This document shows, one piece after another, positions 47,976-58,338 of a DNA stretch of 64,000 bases; the stretch's first letter is position 1; each line of letters starts with the position of its first letter. This stretch comes from Spirochaetia bacterium (GTDB lineage Bacteria > Spirochaetota > Spirochaetia > UBA9216), in contig CAXXYH010000003.1 in the NCBI GenBank assembly GCA_963677925.2, positions 2,112,001 through 2,176,000 of the forward strand. The letters run 5' to 3'. Both the position numbers and the translations under genes were made by a program. The notes under the pieces are model-generated. The model saw only the letters and a list, made by a program, of their open reading frames with translations. It did not search any database and was not told where the DNA came from.

Positions 47976-48962
47976 TTATTTTTCCTCCATTGGGTACAAA
48001 TGACACCTGACGCAATGGCCTTTCCCGATATCAGCCAGTTCGGGTTCCACCGATTCGCAAATTTCCATCTTCTTTGGACAGCGCGGAGCAAAGCTGCATC
48101 CGGCCGGCAGATTGGAAGGATCAGGCATCAGTCCGGGAATCGGCTCAAGCCTGGAAGTTTTGGAATCGAGCCTTGGCAGTGAGCCGAATAAACCGATGGT
48201 GTACGGGTGCATAGTTCCGGTATAAATCTGTTCTGTTGTACCCTGCTCTACTATTCTCCCAGCATATATAATTGCTACACGTTCGGTCATCTCGGCAATT
48301 ACTCCCAGGTCATGCGTGATAAGTATCATCGAGGTACCCGTTTTCTGCTGAATATCGTTTACCATATCAAGAACCTGTGCCTGAATAGTCACATCAAGCG
48401 CCGTTGTAGGCTCATCGGCAATCAGGAGATCCGGTTCACAGACCATGGCCATTGCAATCACAATCCGCTGTTTCATACCGCCCGAAAACTGATGCGGATA
48501 ATCGCTGTACCGGTCTGCGGGAATTCCGACCATTTCAAGAATTTCACAGGCCCGTATATATGCATCTTTTTTAGAGAGCTTGTTATGGAGTCTTATTCCC
48601 TCCATTATCTGCTCACCTACAGTGTCGATCGGATTAAGTGCGGACATAGGGTCCTGAAAAATCATTGATATTTTGTTACCTCTGATTTTACGCATCTCAG
48701 CCTCAGAAGTTTTAAAAAGTGATGTACCGTTAAATTCGATACTGCCGTCAATAACTCTGGCCGGCGGATCAGGCAGCAGCCCAAGAATTCCCAAAGCAAC
48801 GGTTGTTTTTCCTGCCCCGGTTTCTCCGACAAGGCCAAGGGTTTCACCCTTCTTAACTTCCAGAGAGATTCCGTTTACAGCTTCAACAGTACTGTTATGA
48901 AGCACATAGTGAATTCTCAAATTTTCTATGTTAAGCAGTTTGCTATCATTTATATTTTCCAT
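47976..48962 (-). CDS. Oligopeptide ABC ATP-binding protein (OppD/DppD)
   Basis: GETGAGKT, YPHQFSGGMKQR, DEPTTALDV. Confidence 0.93.
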   Translation of the reverse strand: MENINDSKLLNIENLRIHYVLHNSTVEAVNGISLEVKKGETLGLVGETGAGKTTVALGILGLLPDPPARVIDGSIEFNGTSLFKTSEAEMRKIRGNKISMIFQDPMSALNPIDTVGEQIMEGIRLHNKLSKKDAYIRACEILEMVGIPADRYSDYPHQFSGGMKQRIVIAMAMVCEPDLLIADEPTTALDVTIQAQVLDMVNDIQQKTGTSMILITHDLGVIAEMTERVAIIYAGRIVEQGTTEQIYTGTMHPYTIGLFGSLPRLDSKTSRLEPIPGLMPDPSNLPAGCSFAPRCPKKMEICESVEPELADIGKGHCVRCHLYPMEEK

Positions 48963-48964
48963 AA

Positions 48965-49804
48965 TCAGTCTTTCAGCCTGGGATCAAGAGCATCCCTTAA
49001 ACCGTCTCCTATTACATTTAGTGAAAAGAGTGTCAGAAGCATTGCTATCCCAGGCCATACAACCATCCACGGATAGTCACGTATATAGGATCTTCCTGCA
49101 GAAAGCATTGCTCCCCACTCAGGTGCTGGCGGCTGTACGCCAAGCCCGAGAAAGCTGAGTCCCGCAACAAGGACAATTGAACTTGAGAGCGAGAGTGTGG
49201 TCTGAACAATCAGGGGGGCCATAATATTGGGCAGAATATGCCTGAAAATAATTGCAACCGTAGGAGTATTAACAGCTTTGGCTGCTTCAATAAATTCCTG
49301 GTTTCGCAGTGAAAGAACCGGACCGCGGGCAACCCTTGCCCGGATGGGAATTCCCGAAACAATGACAGCCGCAAGAGTGTTTATCATGCCGGTTCCAAGA
49401 CTCGCTGCAATTGCAACAGCCAGAAGCATGGGAGGCAAAGCCATAAAAACATCCAGAAGCCTCATAATTACATGGTCTGTTTTTCCTGCAAAATACCCGG
49501 CAATACATCCGATTATGGCACCGAATATGGTTGTAACAACCGCTGCGATAAGACCAATTTCAAGAGACATTCTGCCTCCGTAAAGAATCCTGCTGAATAT
49601 ATCCCGGCCTAAATTATCAGTACCGCAGAGATGGGTAAAACTTGGTCTAAGAAACTTTCTCGATACATCCTGATCATCCCATCCGAACGGAGCAATCAGA
49701 TTAGCTGAAATAACTGCTATAATAACAAGTCCAAAAATAACAAGACACAAAATAGTCAGTTTGTTACGGCACAATCGCCTTCCGAATTCCAGAAACATTT
49801 TCAT
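48965..49804 (-). CDS. Oligopeptide ABC permease (OppC/DppC)
   Basis: GTDNLGRDIFSR, HILPN, LSFLGLG, GDGLRDALDP. Confidence 0.93.
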   Translation of the reverse strand: MKMFLEFGRRLCRNKLTILCLVIFGLVIIAVISANLIAPFGWDDQDVSRKFLRPSFTHLCGTDNLGRDIFSRILYGGRMSLEIGLIAAVVTTIFGAIIGCIAGYFAGKTDHVIMRLLDVFMALPPMLLAVAIAASLGTGMINTLAAVIVSGIPIRARVARGPVLSLRNQEFIEAAKAVNTPTVAIIFRHILPNIMAPLIVQTTLSLSSSIVLVAGLSFLGLGVQPPAPEWGAMLSAGRSYIRDYPWMVVWPGIAMLLTLFSLNVIGDGLRDALDPRLKD

Positions 49805-50769
49805 ACTGCAGCTCCTCTTCGTTTTCTTCCTGCAGAGCTAGAAGAAAACTGCGACCTTATTCTCGGATCAACCATCGCATACATCAGGTCAACAAGAAGG
49901 TTTACTACACTGAATGAGACTGCGAGAAGCAGAATTCCGGCACGTATCATTGGAAAGTCCCTGTAGCTTATTGAATCCATCAAAAGCTTGCCTACTCCGG
50001 GTATTGCAAATATCTGCTCAACTATCATTGTTCCGCCAAGAAGGATTCCTGCCTGTGTTCCGATAACTGTAATAATTGGAATAAGAGCATTGCGCAGCTG
50101 ATGATGCAGAATCACCTTTCCTTCACTCTGGCCCTTCGCCCTTGCAGTTCTGATATAGTCCTGTCGCATTACCTCAAGCATGGAAGATCTGGTCATACGC
50201 ATCTGGCTGGCAGAAGCTGTAAAGGAAATTGTAATTATCGGAAGAATATAATATTCAAGTCCGAAGTTGCCTGAAGCCGGAAGCCAGCCAAGTTTCTGCG
50301 AGAATATAAGAACCAGCATCAGCCCGGTCCAGAAGGAGGGCATGGAGACTCCTACCATCCCGACAACGGTCGCAAGATGATCCCAAATTGAATACTGTTT
50401 GACCGCAGATATGATACCTGTTGTAATTCCCACAAGGGCTGTAAACAGAACACCCAGAAGGGCCACGAGCATAGTAGTCGGATAGCGGTCAAATATTTCC
50501 TGCGTTACCGAAGCTCCGGTTCTGTAGGAAATACCAAGATCGCCCTTTGAAACAATGTTCCAGACCCAGCGTCCGTATTGCACGAGAAGGGGATCGTTTA
50601 GCCCCATTTCGGTACGCAGCTCATCAAGCCGTACCGGATCAGCATATTCACCAAGCATTGATTCTGCTGCATCACCGGGTGCAAGATCAAGAACTACAAA
50701 AACCAGCAGCCCCACTCCCAGCATTACAGGAATCATGGTAAGTATTCTTTTAATGATGAACTTAATCAT
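49801..50769 (-). CDS. Oligopeptide ABC permease (OppB/DppB)
   Basis: PGDA, GDLGIS, DYIRTARAKG, DPRIR; ATG at 50769 after AGGAGG. Confidence 0.93.
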   Translation of the reverse strand: MIKFIIKRILTMIPVMLGVGLLVFVVLDLAPGDAAESMLGEYADPVRLDELRTEMGLNDPLLVQYGRWVWNIVSKGDLGISYRTGASVTQEIFDRYPTTMLVALLGVLFTALVGITTGIISAVKQYSIWDHLATVVGMVGVSMPSFWTGLMLVLIFSQKLGWLPASGNFGLEYYILPIITISFTASASQMRMTRSSMLEVMRQDYIRTARAKGQSEGKVILHHQLRNALIPIITVIGTQAGILLGGTMIVEQIFAIPGVGKLLMDSISYRDFPMIRAGILLLAVSFSVVNLLVDLMYAMVDPRIRSQFSSSSAGRKRRGAAV

Positions 50770-52031
50770 TCGCAAACACCTCCTGAAGAAAACTCATTAA
50801 AAAGCGAAGAAACAGCATTCCGAAAAGCCACTTCATATTCCCCCCTGCCTGAATCATCTTTGACATAGGCTGTCCACTGTCCGGCATGGGTGATCATGAA
50901 AGTATTTTTGAATGGAGAATCAGCTTTAATTCGGGCGCCAATCTGGTTGAAGATTTCCCCGTTGGTAGTAATAATCGCCAAGCTGCCTATCATGATAAGC
51001 CTGATTTCAAATTCAACAGGCTCTCTATTACCCGGTTTCACAACCGCTTCTGCACTTACACTGAATTTTCTGACTCCGGCCCACAGCAGTGAATGCCTGG
51101 AACTGCAGACAATATTTGCATTGGCCTGCAGAATGTCCATCATAAGCCGCTTTCCCATAAACTCAAGAATCAGAGGTCCTGCCGAGCCGAGCTCTTTTAC
51201 GGTAACACCGCCTTCAGGTTCCGGGATATTAACTCTGGACATCATTACCGGGTTAAGATCTCCGGCAGCTCCGCTTGTAAAAATAACTACCGGTTCATCA
51301 TCCTGCCCCTTCTCTATAAGGCGGCAGGCTCTTCCGGGAAGATCTCCTGATATTTCTGTTCCCCTTCCTTCCGGTTCATTGTGGATCATCATGCATGCAT
51401 GTACAGCAAAGTTATACAGAAGAGCAATTGTTTTTCCTTTTTCATCATCAATCCGAATAAGATACAGATCCCTGTCTGCAGGACTGCCGAGGCTGAATCC
51501 GTAAGTATCCGTATTGGCTCCAAGGCCTTTTTCATTACGGTTAACATTCAGGTAACAGCTTCCTTTTTCCACACCAATCCCGGCAGGCCTGATATTGTCA
51601 ACGGCCGTCTTCACCGCACCGGGAATAAGATCCCTGACAAACTTCCTGTAAGCTCTTATCTTCCGGGTAAACTCTTCTCCATACCACTTTTCAAATTCAG
51701 GATTATCCGCATACGGACCGCTGTGAGTATGAGTTGCCGTGCAGATTACATGACTTTCTTCAACACATGCACAGTCAGCGATGAGCTTGATGTTCTCCTT
51801 TGATTCCGGTACTCCCGGCAGATCCATTACAACAAGGACGATTCTGGTCTCTTTATTTTCAAGAACCAACACACGCATGAACAGATCGTCGAGAATAGTA
51901 CCGTTGAAAATTGAAGGCTTTCCTCCCTTCATGTTATTTCTGAAATGTTCCAGCGGAAACAGTTCGGGATCAGGAGTGATGCAGACCCGAGAAGCTCCCG
52001 CATAAATTCTGTTTTTCACTGCAGCAGTCAT
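50766..52031 (-). CDS. Neutral/alkaline ceramidase-like Zn amidohydrolase
   Basis: ATHTHSGP, NFAVHA, ISGDLPG, GAAGD. Confidence 0.78.
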   Translation of the reverse strand: MTAAVKNRIYAGASRVCITPDPELFPLEHFRNNMKGGKPSIFNGTILDDLFMRVLVLENKETRIVLVVMDLPGVPESKENIKLIADCACVEESHVICTATHTHSGPYADNPEFEKWYGEEFTRKIRAYRKFVRDLIPGAVKTAVDNIRPAGIGVEKGSCYLNVNRNEKGLGANTDTYGFSLGSPADRDLYLIRIDDEKGKTIALLYNFAVHACMMIHNEPEGRGTEISGDLPGRACRLIEKGQDDEPVVIFTSGAAGDLNPVMMSRVNIPEPEGGVTVKELGSAGPLILEFMGKRLMMDILQANANIVCSSRHSLLWAGVRKFSVSAEAVVKPGNREPVEFEIRLIMIGSLAIITTNGEIFNQIGARIKADSPFKNTFMITHAGQWTAYVKDDSGRGEYEVAFRNAVSSLFNEFSSGGVCE

Positions 52032-52034
52032 ATA

Positions 52035-53465
52035 TTAATCACCCAAATCTTCCTGTACTGCCTCAAGTATGATCTGAACAGCATCCTCTTCAAGAATCCA
52101 GCGCCCTTCAAGGGCTCTGAGTGTTGAGACTATTACTTTCCCTATGTAGTCAAACCTGTCAGTGTATAATGATTTAATTTCTTCTTCTTTCAGACGGACA
52201 GCTCCGCCTTCCGGATCATACCTGTATAGCGGAACATCAACATACGGAAGCCTGATACCGCCTTGAGTATTTCCAACATCATCCAGCACAAAAAGAGTAT
52301 CCGGGTACTTTCCGATAGTACGGATTCTAGGTGATACAGGAGGTGCTGTTCCCTCAGTGATCCACTTAAGCAGATTTTCAGTCGCGGCCTTAAGGATGTA
52401 GCGGACCGGATATTCATATTCGTAATTAACCGTATCCTTCCATGGCGTTTTTGAGCGTTCGACATCCTCAATACAGGGGGTTCTCTGCTTGTCATAGCCG
52501 GATCTGACTCCGCAGCCTGCAATGTTGTAAAGGCGCAGTTTTTTCCCAGGCTCATCAGCATCAGGCCTGTCCTGCATTACAGCCCAGTCCGGATGGAAGC
52601 CTCCGCCCAGCATATCTCCCGTAGTCAGGATATGTATAAACGGTACTTCGCAGTAATATTTGTTTCGTTCATCAAGCTCGTGATTTTTTGGTGTTATCTG
52701 ATTTATGCCACCGGGAGCTCCCGTCATATAAATGAGAAAGCCGTCGTAAACCGGAGCACCGCTTTCAAGGCAGTCCTGGGGGTGAATTCCGCTAGCATAA
52801 GCGGAAAGGTCGCCTCCGGTGGCTGCGGTTGCAATAACTGTTTTTACCTGAAACCCATTGAAAGGATTATCCTTCCGATCCGACTTCAGCAGAGCACCCA
52901 GCTGACTGATCATATCCCAGCACAAACCGTTCTCACTATCCCGATTTGACGGACCATAGGAATTAGCAGGGTCTTTTCGTTCATCCTCCGGAAGCGGATT
53001 ATCAAATGAAAGTTCGGAATACCTGGCCATATCAAAGCGCTTCAGTACAGGAAAGACTCTCTCTCTTACGGTAAGACCTATCCAGGCTATTCCCCTGCTC
53101 AGATAATATTCATAGCAATGACCCCAGCCGGGAATTGTCCGGTCGTAGGTTGAAGCCCAGTTCAGCAGCTCGACCACAACAGTTCCGCTGAAATCTTCAG
53201 GCTTTGCCGGCTTGCGGACAAGCATCCTGCTTGCATACGGACACTCAGGAGTTCTTACGGATGGCAGTTTCCGGTTTTCAGGCCATTCATAAACATTGGC
53301 TTTCCCGCCAAGAATATATTCATTTTCTGCAAATCCGTATTCAGATAGATCAATAGGTTCCACCAGTCTGTGGGCGGCCCCCAGCGGCCAGGATGTTTCG
53401 GTTATTGGAATATCTCTGCAATACTCAGGCGGAGATATTTTTCTCTTTTCTACAGTTACACTCAA
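52035..53465 (-). CDS. Alpha/beta-hydrolase-domain protein (Abhydrolase_10-like)
   Basis: FSGTVVVELLN, WDMISQLG, YDGFL, GNTQGGIRLP, LYTDRFDY. Confidence 0.7.
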   Translation of the reverse strand: MSVTVEKRKISPPEYCRDIPITETSWPLGAAHRLVEPIDLSEYGFAENEYILGGKANVYEWPENRKLPSVRTPECPYASRMLVRKPAKPEDFSGTVVVELLNWASTYDRTIPGWGHCYEYYLSRGIAWIGLTVRERVFPVLKRFDMARYSELSFDNPLPEDERKDPANSYGPSNRDSENGLCWDMISQLGALLKSDRKDNPFNGFQVKTVIATAATGGDLSAYASGIHPQDCLESGAPVYDGFLIYMTGAPGGINQITPKNHELDERNKYYCEVPFIHILTTGDMLGGGFHPDWAVMQDRPDADEPGKKLRLYNIAGCGVRSGYDKQRTPCIEDVERSKTPWKDTVNYEYEYPVRYILKAATENLLKWITEGTAPPVSPRIRTIGKYPDTLFVLDDVGNTQGGIRLPYVDVPLYRYDPEGGAVRLKEEEIKSLYTDRFDYIGKVIVSTLRALEGRWILEEDAVQIILEAVQEDLGD

Positions 53466-54685
53466 CTGCTTGCCTCCTCTGTTGTTCTTAAGTTATGAGT
53501 ATCGTGTTCCCTGTAGAAACCCGATTTATTTTTAAAGGAAATCTGGTCTATTACAAAAAGAAGGGCAGCAGCTATAACCGGAAAGCAAAGAAGATAATAA
53601 GTCGTGCTGTAGTTGAAAAATACGATAAGCGTTCCTGCAAAAGTAGATCCAAGACCTACACCCAGATCCATACCGATATTGATCGTACTGCTCGCAATAC
53701 CCCTCCGGTCCATTGATGTCCGCATAAACGATACTGCCATAAGAGTAGATAGAGTTGCACTGTAACCAAGACCCAGAAAAACAGCAGCAAGATATAGCAT
53801 TGTACTGTTTTTAAGTCCGCCCAGAAGCAGAAGACATCCCGTGAAGAAAAAAGCACCTGGAATTATAATGAACTCAGGACCCTTCCTGTCGACAACCCTC
53901 CCGCTGAAGAAACGGACAAACAGAATTACAACTGAATATATTGTAAAGAAAAGGCCCGGCCTGGTTATCCCGACACTCTGCGCATAAATGATAAGAAAAG
54001 TAGTGATTGATGTATAAGCCATTCCGTTCAGAAGCAGAACCACAGAGGGAAATAAGGCTTCTTTGAGAATGATGTTCTTCGGTGATAATTTAAGATTCCC
54101 GCGGCCTTCCGGAACAGCCTGTTCTTTTACCGCAAATAAAGCGGCAATCGCGCATAGGACCACAGAAGCAGCTACTGCCGACATAACTCTGTATCCGTAA
54201 TTCTCGCTTAAAAAAACACCGAGATTCGGAGCCAAAGCCATTGCCAGTACATTTGCAAGGCCGTAAACTCCTACGCACTCACCAACCTTTCCCGCAGGTG
54301 CGGTATTACTGGCCATAGTCATTCCGGTAGTTGTGGCAAAGCCCCAGCCTACACCGTGAATCAGTCTGAATACTACCAGAGCCGTATTACTCGAGGAAAA
54401 GCTGTAACCAATCATACCTGCCATAATTATCAGAAGAGCAATAAGGTATATTTTTTTCTTTTTCTTTCTATCAATCAAATTTCCGCATATCGGGCGCACC
54501 AGAATAGCTGAAACACTGAAAACTCCGGCAACAAGGCCTGCAACAGCCTCGGTACCGTTTAGAATCATGGAGAACTTTGCGATAGTAGTTGAAAGCATAT
54601 GCATGCTCATAAAGACGAATGCATTAACGATTAGAAGCAGGATAAAATCTTTATTCCAGATAGACTCAGTTTTCTCAGTTGACAT
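53462..54685 (-). CDS. MFS transporter
   Basis: IWNKDF, FRLIHGVGWG, GRVVDRKG; about 12 TM. Confidence 0.9.
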   Translation of the reverse strand: MSTEKTESIWNKDFILLLIVNAFVFMSMHMLSTTIAKFSMILNGTEAVAGLVAGVFSVSAILVRPICGNLIDRKKKKKIYLIALLIIMAGMIGYSFSSSNTALVVFRLIHGVGWGFATTTGMTMASNTAPAGKVGECVGVYGLANVLAMALAPNLGVFLSENYGYRVMSAVAASVVLCAIAALFAVKEQAVPEGRGNLKLSPKNIILKEALFPSVVLLLNGMAYTSITTFLIIYAQSVGITRPGLFFTIYSVVILFVRFFSGRVVDRKGPEFIIIPGAFFFTGCLLLLGGLKNSTMLYLAAVFLGLGYSATLSTLMAVSFMRTSMDRRGIASSTINIGMDLGVGLGSTFAGTLIVFFNYSTTYYLLCFPVIAAALLFVIDQISFKNKSGFYREHDTHNLRTTEEASS

Positions 54686-56204
54686 TAATATTCCTTGAAA
54701 GTTTGTTCAGCTTAAAAATCTTTTCTGCAAAAAATTCCCGCGTAAACCGGTTTAAGGCATGTTCATCCTCCGGTCCGGCAGTCAGGGGATCGTCCAGATT
54801 AAGAACATTTCTGTCTGCAGAGGAATAAGGCTTCCAATCAGGTAAATGAGCTACATTCGGATTGCCGCTTTTTATAAAGCTGCACCAGTATTCCTGCATG
54901 GCAACGGCTATTTCCTCGTCCTTTTCATTCATACCTGAAAGTGTTTCAAGATTATTCAGTAAATATCTGGTTTCAAGTCCATGATGAGCCATACCGTTTG
55001 ACGGATTCTTTCTTGAAAAATTGAAAATATAAACAGGCTTCCTGCCTGCTGCCGACTGCAGTTCTGCAAAAGCCTTTGCCCCGGCATAAGCGGCGTGGGT
55101 GTTCCGCATCGCAGTTACAGCGTCTTCATCAGTTTTTACATCACAAAGATTGAGATATTCTTCCAGCCTGTCTCCGAACAGATCTGCATTCAGGCTTCCG
55201 AACTTGTCCTTATTGAAATTCAGCAGCATTCCGCCGCCTTCATCATTTGTATTTCCAACAATATACTCAATATCCGGATTAACCAGTGTCTGCATTAATT
55301 CTGAATAAAACTTTTTCATCAGGTAGCCGTCGGCACAGTTCCCCAGCCTAGTACCGAAATGCAGTTCACGCCTGAACTTTGACTCAGGCAGGGCTGTCAG
55401 CTGCCCGTAACTCATTGCTCTAAGCTCAGAGATGGAACTGCAGCCCATTTTCTTCATGTACTCAACGCCGCCGGCCTCAATCTCTTCAAGTGATGTCAGG
55501 TTGTCATTCAAGGCGGAACGAACAGCAATACTTAGGCTGCTTTGAATAATTGCACGCTTTATATACTTTTTTGACAGATCAGAGGTACAGAGAATCTGGG
55601 TGCTGCCGGAACCTGCTGAGCATCCGCCAACAGTAATGTTATTTTTATCTCCGCCGAAGTTCTCAATATTATCGTACACCCATTTTAAAGCCAGAACCTG
55701 ATCAAAGTGAGCGTAGTTGCCCGATACTCCATGTTCACTTTCAGCCGAAAGTTCCGGATGGGCAAAAAAGCCCAGGATGCCAAGCCGGTAATTGAAAGTT
55801 ACAAGAATCACGCCCCTGGGACAGAACACTTCCGGTGCAGCATTACGGCCTCCGCCGTGCCCGGCAGAATATGCTCCGCCATGAATCCAGATGAATACCG
55901 GAAGCTTGCCTGCCTCATCCAATGTCGGTGTCCATACATTTAAATAAAGACAGTCTTCACTGGTGCAGTCTGAAATGAGCTTGTCAGTAGGATCTCCGCC
56001 GGGAGGCCCCTGATCGGGAGCCTGCATACTTGGACTACCGAAAGCAATTGTTTCTCGAACCCCAGTCCAGCCTCTATGCGGCACCGGTTCTTTCCAGCGC
56101 AGATCCCCTACAGGCGGTTCTGCATAGGGAATCCCCAGAAAAGAGAAGTACTCACCATTTTCAAGACCGCTTATTTTTCCGTTTGATGTATTTATTACAG
56201 CCAA
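54675..56204 (-). CDS. Type-B carboxylesterase (pNB-esterase family); start uncertain (TTG 56204 or ORF start 56279)
   Basis: GIPYAEPPVGDLRW, SEDCLYLNVWTP, HGGAY, GCSAG, NTNDEG, AHHGLE. Confidence 0.92.
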   Translation of the reverse strand: MAVINTSNGKISGLENGEYFSFLGIPYAEPPVGDLRWKEPVPHRGWTGVRETIAFGSPSMQAPDQGPPGGDPTDKLISDCTSEDCLYLNVWTPTLDEAGKLPVFIWIHGGAYSAGHGGGRNAAPEVFCPRGVILVTFNYRLGILGFFAHPELSAESEHGVSGNYAHFDQVLALKWVYDNIENFGGDKNNITVGGCSAGSGSTQILCTSDLSKKYIKRAIIQSSLSIAVRSALNDNLTSLEEIEAGGVEYMKKMGCSSISELRAMSYGQLTALPESKFRRELHFGTRLGNCADGYLMKKFYSELMQTLVNPDIEYIVGNTNDEGGGMLLNFNKDKFGSLNADLFGDRLEEYLNLCDVKTDEDAVTAMRNTHAAYAGAKAFAELQSAAGRKPVYIFNFSRKNPSNGMAHHGLETRYLLNNLETLSGMNEKDEEIAVAMQEYWCSFIKSGNPNVAHLPDWKPYSSADRNVLNLDDPLTAGPEDEHALNRFTREFFAEKIFKLNKLSRNINVN

Positions 56205-56388
56205 AACCGCCCCCGTTATTGTTTGATTATTTTTTAAGGATGATTCATGGTAAAGCGAGTAATGATGATTGTCTAACACTAATAATTTGTCAGCTCACAA
56301 GTAAATTTTGTTGTATATTCTATTTATAATCATGATATAATCACTCCGGATAAACATTTTCTTGCTGAGGATACAAAAGGAGCTGCCG

Positions 56389-57357
56389 ATGTATTATCCG
56401 TCGCTGGATTACTTCATTGAAATTGCAAAACATCTTAATCTCTCCATAGCTGCAACGAAACTAAATGTGTCACAGCAGAGTCTGAGTGCATATGTTCAAA
56501 AACTCGAATCTTTTTTTGATTTGAAACTTCTGGAACGAAAGCCGGTATTGCGGCTGACAAAGGCAGGTGAAGCCGTCTTTAAAACCGCAGAAAAAATCGG
56601 GACAATTCAGGAATCACTGCTTCATGAAATTGCAAGACTGAAAGAGGATTCGAGTGAAAGAAAGCATTTATCTATAGGAATATTCAGGCCAAATGCCAGC
56701 CAGCTGATGAACTTTATTCCTCTGGCTGAATTCAATAAGGCCTACCCTCAAATATCCTACAGTATCATGGAAGAAAGCAATTATTCTCTCCGCGAAATGC
56801 TCAGTGCAGGAAAGGTCGATCTTATAGTCAGTTCATATAATCCATCCAGTTCCTTCCCGGATTTCAATGAATCAATTCTTTACAATGATAATGAGTATAT
56901 TCTGATATCGGATGATCTGCTTCGTGAATACTTTCCTGAAAGATATCCCGCATGCATAGATGAGTTTAAAAAAGGTGTCAGCCTGGCTGAGTTTCATAGA
57001 ATCCCCATACTCATGTACCCCACAGACAGCGCCTACAACTCAATAATTCTTCAGTACTTCAAGGACCGGAACCTTGAGTACACTCTTGTCGGGGAAAGCC
57101 CAAACAGATACCTGACCACTAATATAGTTCATAAAAACATGGCACTGGGATTCTGCAACAGCAGGTTCCTTAATTTCCTGAAGCAGGATCCCTTTCACAA
57201 CATTCCTGAATCCGTCTACTCTTTCCCTATAGTCGAGCCTATGCTTAAGCGGACAGTAGGTATTCTGTACCGGAGGTCAGAAAGTTATCCTCAGTATTTT
57301 ACAGATCTTATACGGATGACACAGAAACACTGCAGGCTGGAAACTTCCAGAGAATAA
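56389..57357 (+). CDS. LysR-family regulator
   Basis: YFIEIAKHLNLSIAATKLNVSQQSLSAYVQKLE...LTKAG; AAGGAG RBS. Confidence 0.92.
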   Translation: MYYPSLDYFIEIAKHLNLSIAATKLNVSQQSLSAYVQKLESFFDLKLLERKPVLRLTKAGEAVFKTAEKIGTIQESLLHEIARLKEDSSERKHLSIGIFRPNASQLMNFIPLAEFNKAYPQISYSIMEESNYSLREMLSAGKVDLIVSSYNPSSSFPDFNESILYNDNEYILISDDLLREYFPERYPACIDEFKKGVSLAEFHRIPILMYPTDSAYNSIILQYFKDRNLEYTLVGESPNRYLTTNIVHKNMALGFCNSRFLNFLKQDPFHNIPESVYSFPIVEPMLKRTVGILYRRSESYPQYFTDLIRMTQKHCRLETSRE

Positions 57358-57382
57358 TGCAGAAAAATAGAGTGTACGCTAT

Positions 57383-58291
57383 CTAAACCTTTTGCTCTTT
57401 AACTACTAACTGCCTGATTCCAGGAAACGTATAAATAAGAATTGCAACCCAGATCAGACCGAATGACAGCCAGTGCGCTGTTGAAAACTCCTCCCCGAAA
57501 ATAAAAACTGCAGTAATCATGGCAATTGTTGGAGACAGATACTGAATAAAGCCTATAGCAGTCATCGAAATCCTCTTTGCTCCTGAGGCAAATGTCATCA
57601 GAGTCACGCAGGTCAGCAGTCCGGCTCCGACAAGCAGCAGCGGAGTAACCGGATCAGAAGCAAACCCGGTAAAGGCGCCTCTGCCCGTTGACTCCATATA
57701 TATCATATACACAAGAGCAAAGGGCAGAAGAAAAAGCATCTCATAAAATGTGGAAATAACTGAAGGGACAGTAAGCTTTTTCTTAACCAGGCTGTAGAAC
57801 GTAAATGAAAAAGCAATACCCAGCCCCTGGACCGGAATATTGCCGTAACCGAAGATAAGAATAAGAACACCTGTAAGCGCAAGAAAAAAAGCAATGAGGG
57901 TGTTAACACTCAGTTTTTCCCTGAAAATCAAACGGCTGAAAATTACAGCAAGCACAGGATAAATATAATAACCCAGACTGATTTCAAGGATATGGCTGGT
58001 TGTAATTGCAAATATATAAAATACCCACTGGCTCAGGACAGTCAGTCCTGCAAGAGAAAAAAGCAGAATATTTCTCTTTTGCTTCAGAGGGATAAGAAGA
58101 TCCTCTTTTTTATAGAAGATAATAATAAGAAGCAGCATTATAACAGCGGCCCACACTATCCTGTTAGCCAGAATCAGTATCGTATCAACATGAACAAGCA
58201 TTTTCAAATATGAAGGCAGAAAACCCCAAATAAGAACTGCAGTCATAATGTAGGCAAAGCCGGCCTTCTGCTCATTTTTTATATCAGACAT
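57383..58291 (-). CDS. rarD: EamA-family transporter RarD
   Basis: IWGFLP, RIVWA, SLGYYIYP, GFIQYLSP, FGLIWVA. Confidence 0.88.
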   Translation of the reverse strand: MSDIKNEQKAGFAYIMTAVLIWGFLPSYLKMLVHVDTILILANRIVWAAVIMLLLIIIFYKKEDLLIPLKQKRNILLFSLAGLTVLSQWVFYIFAITTSHILEISLGYYIYPVLAVIFSRLIFREKLSVNTLIAFFLALTGVLILIFGYGNIPVQGLGIAFSFTFYSLVKKKLTVPSVISTFYEMLFLLPFALVYMIYMESTGRGAFTGFASDPVTPLLLVGAGLLTCVTLMTFASGAKRISMTAIGFIQYLSPTIAMITAVFIFGEEFSTAHWLSFGLIWVAILIYTFPGIRQLVVKEQKV

Positions 58292-58338
58292 GAGCTGATA
58301 TTAGCATAAAATCCAACCCTTTTTAAGAGAGAATTGCT

